This document shows, one piece after another, positions 14,881-20,693 of a DNA stretch of 34,336 nucleotides. The position numbers and the translations under genes were made by a program. Position 1 is the stretch's first letter, and each line of letters opens with the position of its first letter. The notes below the pieces were generated by a model, which was not told the origin of the DNA, ran no database searches, and saw only the letters and a list, made by a program, of their open reading frames with translations. The stretch is from Anaerolineae bacterium (GTDB lineage: Bacteria; Chloroflexota; Anaerolineae; B4-G1), in contig DATKWP010000118.1 of the NCBI GenBank assembly GCA_035529535.1, positions 1-34,336 on the forward strand, written 5' to 3'.

Positions 14881-15960
14881 TCACCCCGCGAAGCCGCAAT
14901 GGCTACGCAACACTGCGGACAACTCGTGCAACAGCCCCAGCACCCGCTCGGCCAGCGGCTCGGTGAGCACGCCGCCAGCGCCACAACTGGGGGTCAGCAG
15001 CGCCCGCCGGAGCAGCAGGTCCCGCTCGAACCCCTTGCGCACCAACCGCTCGAGCCCCTCTTCCAAGCGCCCGAGCAGCGAAGCCACGCTCTCGATCGCC
15101 GCGGCCTCCCGGCTGAGCGTGGGGACGATGCCCCACCCCAGGCTCCCGCCCCGCTCCAGGAAGGCACGCAGTTCGGCGGGATAGAGCGTGATGGCCTGCA
15201 GGTGGTCGTAGGCGTCAAAGTCCAGGACGTCCAGGTCAGCCTCCATCAGCAACGACCAGTCGGTGTTGGCTTCGCAGTGCACGCCCGCGAGTGCGCCGTG
15301 GGCGTGGATCGCCGCGGCCACCTCTTTCAGGTCGCCGACGACGTCCTCCCGGCTGACCGTGATGAAAGTCTGCGACCCAAAGCCCAGCAATGCCGGCTCG
15401 TCGAGAAAGATCATCACGGGTGCACCGAACGTCCCCAGCCGGGCGATCTGCCACACCGCCTTCAAGGCCACCGTCTTGACGATCACGTCGCGCAGTTGGT
15501 CGTCGTAGTACGAGCAGCGACGGTCCTGGTCGGGCAGGTTGGTGCCCAGCGTGAAGGGGCCGGTGACCTGCCCCTTGAGCATCACCGGTGGGGCCGGCTG
15601 TTCCGGCAGCCGGGCGACGAACTCGGCAAAGCCCGCCGCGTACTGCAGGGAGAGGCCGAAAGTGTCGAGCGCAGCGAGATCCCCACCCTCGCTCGCGGCC
15701 AGGTAGCGGGTATAAAAGTCGGTCAGTTGCTCGGTGAAAGCGGAGGCTCCGGTATCGAAATAGACCCTGTCGCCCTCCTCTACCAGCCCCGGCAGCCGCT
15801 CGGTGAACTGCACCATCATGTTCTCGTGGAAGACGCGCCGGGGGAACTGCACCCAGGTGGGGATCTCGGGGACGCTCTCGAACATGAGGGCGGTGCCGCG
15901 CGCCACGTCGGTGTGGGGCAGGCTCCCAATCGCCGTAGCCAGGCAGCATGGTTCGAACAT
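14881..15960 (-). CDS. MetE-like (cobalamin-independent methionine synthase C-terminal fold, 'core MetE'-type) methyltransferase
   Basis: GGAGGA SD before ATG 15960. The N-terminal ATAIGSLPHTD resembles the TTIGSFPQT motif of the Meth_synt_2 family. Candidate zinc ligands are VHCEAN and LTPSCGAG. The protein is 359 aa, a single-barrel size. A UroD/MtaA-type fold cannot be fully excluded by eye. Confidence 0.65.
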   Translation of the reverse strand: MFEPCCLATAIGSLPHTDVARGTALMFESVPEIPTWVQFPRRVFHENMMVQFTERLPGLVEEGDRVYFDTGASAFTEQLTDFYTRYLAASEGGDLAALDTFGLSLQYAAGFAEFVARLPEQPAPPVMLKGQVTGPFTLGTNLPDQDRRCSYYDDQLRDVIVKTVALKAVWQIARLGTFGAPVMIFLDEPALLGFGSQTFITVSREDVVGDLKEVAAAIHAHGALAGVHCEANTDWSLLMEADLDVLDFDAYDHLQAITLYPAELRAFLERGGSLGWGIVPTLSREAAAIESVASLLGRLEEGLERLVRKGFERDLLLRRALLTPSCGAGGVLTEPLAERVLGLLHELSAVLRSHCGFAG

Positions 15961-15984
15961 GGGGCTATTCCTCCAACAGAAGGC

Positions 15985-16623
15985 TCATCCCCGGCCTCCT
16001 CGAGTCTGCTCATCCAGCAAACCCCGCAGGCGCGCGGTGACCATCTCGATGGCGACCTCGTTAAAGCCCCCCTCGGGGATGATGACGTCGGCGTAGCGTT
16101 TGCTGGGCTCGACGAACTCCAGGTGCATGGGACGCACCGTCGAAAGGTATTGCTCACAGACCGACTCGACGGTACGGCCCCGCTCCAAGATGTCACGCCG
16201 CAAACGGCGGATGAAGCGCACGTCGGCGTCGCCATCCACGTAGAGTTTGACGTCGAACAGTTTACGCAGTTCCGGCTCGACGAAGACCAGGATGCCCTCG
16301 ACCAGGATCACCGGGGCCAGTTCCACGCGCCGGGTGTGGGGTGTGCGCGTGTGCGTGGTGAAGTCGTAGATGGGAATTTCGACGGCCCGCCCATCGCGCA
16401 GTGCCCGCAGGTGTTCCACCAGCAGTTTCGTCTCCAGTGAATCCGGGTGGTCAAAGTTGACCTGAGACCGCTCGTCGGGCGAGAGGTGGCTGAGGTCGCG
16501 GTAGTAGGCATCGTGGGGGATGTAGGCGATGTGTTGCGCGCCCACGCGCTCCAGAATCTCTTTGGCCACCGTGGTCTTGCCCGACCCGGTCCCACCGGCC
16601 ACGGCTATCACAATCGGCCGCAT
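15985..16623 (-). CDS. udk: Uridine kinase
   Basis: P-loop VAGGTGSGKTT. The match to Udk is full-length: YYRDLSHLSPDERSQVNFDHPDSLE, ILVEGI, FIRRLRRDILERGR. Confidence 0.92.
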   Translation of the reverse strand: MRPIVIAVAGGTGSGKTTVAKEILERVGAQHIAYIPHDAYYRDLSHLSPDERSQVNFDHPDSLETKLLVEHLRALRDGRAVEIPIYDFTTHTRTPHTRRVELAPVILVEGILVFVEPELRKLFDVKLYVDGDADVRFIRRLRRDILERGRTVESVCEQYLSTVRPMHLEFVEPSKRYADVIIPEGGFNEVAIEMVTARLRGLLDEQTRGGRG

Positions 16624-16633
16624 ACTTGCCCTC

Positions 16634-16696
16634 CTCCAGTCTCCAGTGACCAGGGATCAGTGATCAGTATCCAGGATCAAGCATCGAGTGTCAAGC
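16634..16696. repeat. Nine tandem heptamers, family IV (CTCCAGT x2, GACCAGG, GATCAGT x2, ATCCAGG, ATCAAGC, ATCGAGT, GTCAAGC)
   Basis: The block fills the spacer between the membrane-protein stop codon (16691) and the udk start (16623). On the minus strand, the units closest to udk contribute the GGAGGAGGG SD. Confidence 0.9.
16666..16694 (-). promoter_or_regulatory. Candidate promoter upstream of udk, embedded in the heptamer block
   Basis: Minus strand: TTGACA (16694-16689), 17-nt spacer, GATACT (16671-16666). The -10 matches consensus at only 4 of 6 positions. Confidence 0.35.
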
Positions 16697-17437
16697 GGAC
16701 GGCAGCGGCCATCGAGCCGCCAGGGCGATGAGAAAGGCCGCCGCCACGGCGGTCAGCGCTGTGCGCAGGCGGGCAGGCTGGCGCGGGCTCAGCCACGCCG
16801 CACTCCAGGCCAGCCAGACACCTGCCAACCCGGTCTCGGCCGGGGTTCCATCCCACACCGAGCCACGCTGGGCCAGGCTCGCCAGCGCCACGCCGCCCAC
16901 CAACACCGTCAGCCAGGCATAGGCCGCCGCCGACGGCCAGGCCACGCCGGGGGTCGAGGTGACGATCTCGCCGAACGCCAACCCCAAGGCGCGCGCGCCC
17001 AGCCCGCCGCAGACGACGATGGCCAGTTCCAGTCCCTGGGCTGGCGGGCCCCCGCCTACTGGCGGGCCGCTCACTTCACCCCCCACCAGTGTAGCAGTGC
17101 AGAGAAGGCCAGCCCAGGCCAGGGCCAGGGGCGGCAGCAGGCGCAGGAAGTCATTCCAGGGAGCAGCAGAGCGACGGGGGCCCGGCAGGAACCGGGGGGC
17201 CGGAGGAGTCGCCAGCGCCGCCATCAGCAGCAGATGGGGGACGCACGGCGGGAAACCACCGCCACCCAGTCGTGCCGACAGCGCACCGCTCAACAACAAG
17301 GCTCCTGCCAGCCAGCCCAGCGCCCGTACGGCTTGCGAGAGCCCCGGCAGCGGGCGAAGCGCGTGCCACAGCGCAAACCCGGCCGTCGTCAGCAGCGCGC
17401 CACAGGCCAGCCCCGCGAGGATCGCCGTGCCCGGCAC
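16691..17437 (-). CDS. Polytopic membrane protein, weakly CcsA/ResC-like (degenerate Trp-rich motif)
   Basis: Track ORF trimmed to GTG 17437, which lies 6 nt after GGGAGG and 1 nt after the upstream stop codon. The protein has several hydrophobic helices. QRGSVWDGTPAETGLAGVWLAW loosely parallels the CcsA WGxxWxWDPKE...W motif, but most Trp residues and the flanking His are missing. Confidence 0.5.
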   Translation of the reverse strand: MPGTAILAGLACGALLTTAGFALWHALRPLPGLSQAVRALGWLAGALLLSGALSARLGGGGFPPCVPHLLLMAALATPPAPRFLPGPRRSAAPWNDFLRLLPPLALAWAGLLCTATLVGGEVSGPPVGGGPPAQGLELAIVVCGGLGARALGLAFGEIVTSTPGVAWPSAAAYAWLTVLVGGVALASLAQRGSVWDGTPAETGLAGVWLAWSAAWLSPRQPARLRTALTAVAAAFLIALAARWPLPSA

Positions 17438-17438
17438 G

Positions 17439-18605
17439 TCAGGCCTCCCTGCTTTCCACCCAGGCGGGCAGGAGGTCACCCGTGCCTGCCACCAGACCGC
17501 CCTCCTCCCGCAGCCAGAACCGGCGCGCGGGCCACGCCACGCTGCCCAGCACTCCCACCCCCAGGAGCACCAGGCCCGCACCGGCAGGCCAGAGGCCGGG
17601 GTTGAAGGTCGCCGTCAGCCGCGCATACGGCGCGCTGGCCAGTTCCAGCGTCACGTCGCCGACGGCCAGTTCCGTCGTGCCCTGCACTTCTTGCTCCATC
17701 GCCAGCCGTCCCGGGGGGCTGTAGTAGACCTGGACGAGCACCGGGCTGTGGGCGGCGATGGGATGGCCGGGCTGCGGGGCCAGCCGGACGATCAGTTGAG
17801 CCTCCGGGATGGCAAAGTACTGGTCCTCGGTGAGGGAGACCGTCAGTTGGGCGACCGGGTCAGCCTCGAGGGTTTTCTGGAGTTGCAGGGGCTTTCCTGC
17901 GCGGTTGACGACGCTCGCCCGCACCCCAGGGCCGCACGCTTCGACGAAAGTCACGAGGCCAGGGCTGTGGGCGACCTCACAGCCGTCACCATCCAGCGCC
18001 ACCCACGTGGCAGTGCCGGGCAGCGCGACCTGCTGCCCGCTCTGGACGATCAACCCTCCCACCTGCCAGCCCCACAAGTGGGCCACCAGTGCTCCGATCA
18101 GGAATAGCAGCGCCCCACCCTGGGCCACCAGTGGCAAGAGATCGGCCCACGGCCAGCGGTCGGCCTGGCAGAGTGGCGGCTCACGCAGCACCCGGTAGCG
18201 CTGGCGACGCAGGTACTCCGTTACGTCGGGAATGTGCACTTCCACCAGAGAGCGCCACGTTCCTGCCGGCTGCGCCATCTCCCGGTGCTGCCGGAGCCGG
18301 TCCCCACCTTCGATCAGCCGGGAAAGCAGGCAGCCACCCAGGAGCGCCAGCAAAGCACGGAAGACGAGGGAGCGGGTGACCGTGAACAGGCCCAACGTCT
18401 GTAACGTGGGGGTGGTGTCTCCGAAGCGGGCCTGGACCTCGGAGAGCCAGCGCGCGTAGGCCACCGGGTCGGACGCGAGATTCTGGGGCAACCAGACCGT
18501 GACGGCCAGCCCGGCCGCCACGGCCAGGCACAGCCCAGCAAACAGGTAGTCGCTGTTCGCGATGTGCCAGATGGCCCGCCAGGGGTCACGCGAGGTCTGC
18601 TCCAT
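17439..18605 (-). CDS. ResB/Ccs1-like membrane protein (cytochrome c biogenesis system II-like)
   Basis: The N-terminal layout matches the ResB family. TM1 is DYLFAGLCLAVAAGLAVTVWLPQ. It is followed by LGLFTVTRSLVFRALLALLGGCLLSRL, a large soluble domain and a C-terminal TM (GLWPAGAGLVLLGVGVLGSVAW). Confidence 0.55.
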   Translation of the reverse strand: MEQTSRDPWRAIWHIANSDYLFAGLCLAVAAGLAVTVWLPQNLASDPVAYARWLSEVQARFGDTTPTLQTLGLFTVTRSLVFRALLALLGGCLLSRLIEGGDRLRQHREMAQPAGTWRSLVEVHIPDVTEYLRRQRYRVLREPPLCQADRWPWADLLPLVAQGGALLFLIGALVAHLWGWQVGGLIVQSGQQVALPGTATWVALDGDGCEVAHSPGLVTFVEACGPGVRASVVNRAGKPLQLQKTLEADPVAQLTVSLTEDQYFAIPEAQLIVRLAPQPGHPIAAHSPVLVQVYYSPPGRLAMEQEVQGTTELAVGDVTLELASAPYARLTATFNPGLWPAGAGLVLLGVGVLGSVAWPARRFWLREEGGLVAGTGDLLPAWVESREA

Positions 18606-18663
18606 CTACCAATCGCTCCATCAATGCTCCTGCCGGTACTCAGAGGGAAACAAGCACAATGAG

Positions 18664-18736
18664 AGCCACCCCTGGGAGTCGAACCCAAAACCGACCGCTT
18701 ACGAAGCGGTTGCTCTACCGATTGAGCTAGGGTGGC
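18664..18736 (-). tRNA. tRNA-Thr (anticodon CGU)
   Basis: The reverse complement is GCCACCC TA GCTC AATCGGTA GAGC A ACCGC TTCGTAA GCGGT CGGTT TTGGG TTCGACT CCCAG GGGTGGC T. It folds into a canonical cloverleaf with a 7-bp acceptor stem and the anticodon loop TT-CGT-AA. CCA is not encoded. Confidence 0.93.
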
Positions 18737-18745
18737 ACAGGCGGT

Positions 18746-18773
18746 ATTATACCAGCATCGCAGATATTGGCAA
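18746..18773 (-). promoter_or_regulatory. Candidate strong sigma70-type promoter for tRNA-Thr
   Basis: Minus strand: TTGCCA (18773-18768), 16-nt spacer, TGgTATAAT (extended -10, TATAAT = 18751-18746). The predicted start lies about 3 nt upstream of the mature tRNA 5' end. On the plus strand, TTGGCA (18767-18772), 17 nt and TGgTAGGAT (18790-18795) could serve archease, with lower confidence. Confidence 0.6.
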
Positions 18774-18804
18774 ATCGCCCAGTTTGTGGTAGGATGGAGC
18801 CAGA

Positions 18805-19212
18805 ATGGACGAGCGTTTCGAGGAAGTGGAGCATACGTCCGACATCGCGATCCGGGTCTGGGGGCGCGACCTGGCCCAGTTGTTCGCCAACGCGGCCTAC
18901 GGTATGGCCTGCCAACTGGCCGACGTCGCGACGGTGGAGCGGACCGTCGAGCACGAGATCCAATTGGAGGACTGGGACGCCGAAACGCTGCTGGTCTCCT
19001 GGCTGGACGAGTTCCTCTATGCGAACGAGCGGGATGGCCTCGTGTTCACCGATTTCGACATGCTCGAGGTGTCCCCGACCCGGTTGCGCGCGGTCGTCCG
19101 AGGCGGGCCAGCGCCGGTCCGCTGGCACTCGATCAAGGCGGTCACGTTTAACGACTTGAGGATCGTGCGCACCGCAGAAGGATACGAGACCACCATCGTG
19201 TTCGACGTGTGA
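18805..19212 (+). CDS. Archease (RtcB activator/chaperone)
   Basis: [30 protein letters not shown]...[11 protein letters not shown] matches archease over its full 135 aa. It sits immediately upstream of rtcB, and its stop codon overlaps the rtcB leader. Confidence 0.9.
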   Translation: MDERFEEVEHTSDIAIRVWGRDLAQLFANAAYGMACQLADVATVERTVEHEIQLEDWDAETLLVSWLDEFLYANERDGLVFTDFDMLEVSPTRLRAVVRGGPAPVRWHSIKAVTFNDLRIVRTAEGYETTIVFDV

Positions 19213-19223
19213 AGGAGACAGGA

Positions 19224-20675
19224 ATGGTGCAGAAAAGTGATTTCAAGCGGGTGGACGAGTACATCTGGGAACTGCCGAAGGAAACGCGGGACGACATGCG
19301 CGTGCCGGCACGGTTGTTTGGGGATGAAGAACTGTTCGAGGCGGCCTTTCGTGACCGCACGGTCGAGCAGTTGATGAACACCGCCACGTTGCCGGGCATC
19401 GTCAAGCACGCCCTGGCCATGCCAGACTTTCACCAGGGCTACGGCCTGCCCATCGGCGGCGTAGCGGCGACGCGGGCGGACACGGGCGTGATCTCCCCCG
19501 GCGGGGTGGGATACGACATCAACTGTGGCGTGCGGCTCTTGGGCACCCACCTGGAACGGGAAGCGGTAGCACCGTACGTGCGGGACCTCACTGCGGCTCT
19601 CTACCGGGAATGTCCCAGCGGCGTGGGCAAGAACGGCCGCGTGCGCGCCTCCGAGCGGGAACTCGACGAACTGGTGGTTCAGGGCGCGCGGTGGGCGCTG
19701 AAGCGGGGGCTGGCGCGCCAGGAAGACCTGGCCCACACCGAGGAGCAGGGCCTCCTGCCCGGCGCCGATCCCAGCCACGTGAGTGCCCGGGCTAAAGACC
19801 GGGGCCGGCCACAGGTCGGCTCGCTCGGCGCCGGCAACCACTTCCTGGAGATAGACGTGGTCGAGGAGGTCTACGATCCGCAAGTGGCCCAGGTCTTCGG
19901 GCTGTGGGAAGAGCAGGTGGTGGTACAGATCCACTGCGGCTCGCGCGCCTATGGCCACCAGGTCTGTGACGATTACGTCAGGGATTTGCAGTCGGCCGTG
20001 CTCAAGTACAACCTGAGCCTGCCCGATCGGGAACTCGTCTGCGCGCCCGTGGACTCCCCCGAAGGCCGCGCCTACTACAGCGCCATGGCCTGCGCCGTGA
20101 ACTATGCTTTCGTCAACCGGCAGGTCCTGGCTATGGGTGTGCGCGAGGCGTTCGAGCAGGTGCTCGCCGGCAAGGTGAAGAATTTCGACCTGTTCCAGGT
20201 CTACGACGTGGCCCACAACATCGCCAAGTTCGAACAACACGAGGTAGACGGGCGGAAGACGAGGTTGTGCGTGCACCGCAAGGGAGCCACCCGTTCGGCC
20301 GGGCCGGGCTACGAGGGCTTGCCCGCCGACTACCGCGACGTAGGCCAGCCGGTGCTGGTGCCCGGTTCGATGGGCACCGCCTCCTACGTGCTGGTGGGCA
20401 CCCAGGCGGCCATGGCGTTATCTTTCGGCTCCGCCTGCCACGGGGCCGGGCGTGTGATGAGCCGCCACCAGGCGCTCAAGCAGGTCCAGGGGAGCGAGTT
20501 GAGACAGGAACTGGAACAGCAGGGCATCGTCGTGCGCGCCGGGAGCAACAAGGGGTTGGCCGAAGAGGCGCCGATTGCCTACAAGGACGTCAGCCGGGTG
20601 GTCGAAGTGGTACACGGGGCGGGGCTGGCCCGCAAGGTGGCCCGCCTGCGGCCGCTGGCAGTCATCAAAGGATAG
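19224..20675 (+). CDS. rtcB: RNA-splicing ligase RtcB (3'-phosphate/5'-hydroxyl RNA ligase)
   Basis: ATG 19224 follows the GAAGGAGA SD (the track start, GTG 19209, lies inside the archease stop region). RtcB signatures present: [67 protein letters not shown]. Confidence 0.95.
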   Translation: MVQKSDFKRVDEYIWELPKETRDDMRVPARLFGDEELFEAAFRDRTVEQLMNTATLPGIVKHALAMPDFHQGYGLPIGGVAATRADTGVISPGGVGYDINCGVRLLGTHLEREAVAPYVRDLTAALYRECPSGVGKNGRVRASERELDELVVQGARWALKRGLARQEDLAHTEEQGLLPGADPSHVSARAKDRGRPQVGSLGAGNHFLEIDVVEEVYDPQVAQVFGLWEEQVVVQIHCGSRAYGHQVCDDYVRDLQSAVLKYNLSLPDRELVCAPVDSPEGRAYYSAMACAVNYAFVNRQVLAMGVREAFEQVLAGKVKNFDLFQVYDVAHNIAKFEQHEVDGRKTRLCVHRKGATRSAGPGYEGLPADYRDVGQPVLVPGSMGTASYVLVGTQAAMALSFGSACHGAGRVMSRHQALKQVQGSELRQELEQQGIVVRAGSNKGLAEEAPIAYKDVSRVVEVVHGAGLARKVARLRPLAVIKG

Positions 20676-20693
20676 TAGCGTCCCCTGGATCGC

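Noticed and set aside
11997-16440. Long plus-strand ORFs (11997..13121, 13359..13975, 13938..14966, 14812..16440) opposite the corrinoid methyltransferase cluster and udk.
   Set aside because: All are antisense to genes with clear family motifs. They have Gly/Arg/His/Asp-rich compositions and no motifs, so they are shadow ORFs.
15961-16690. Cobalamin riboswitch or other leader upstream of the corrinoid methyltransferase cluster.
   Set aside because: Only 24 nt separate udk from the first cluster gene. The spacer upstream of udk is filled by heptamer repeats with no B12-box-like sequence that I can recognise.
16688-18107. Plus-strand ORFs 16688..17605 and 16959..18107 opposite the membrane-protein pair.
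   Set aside because: The translations are extremely Arg/Pro/Gly/Gln-rich. The minus-strand frames give coherent TM-helix proteins with SD-linked starts.
19017-20276. 419-aa minus-strand ORF antisense to rtcB.
   Set aside because: rtcB on the plus strand is unambiguous, and the antisense translation has no recognisable features.
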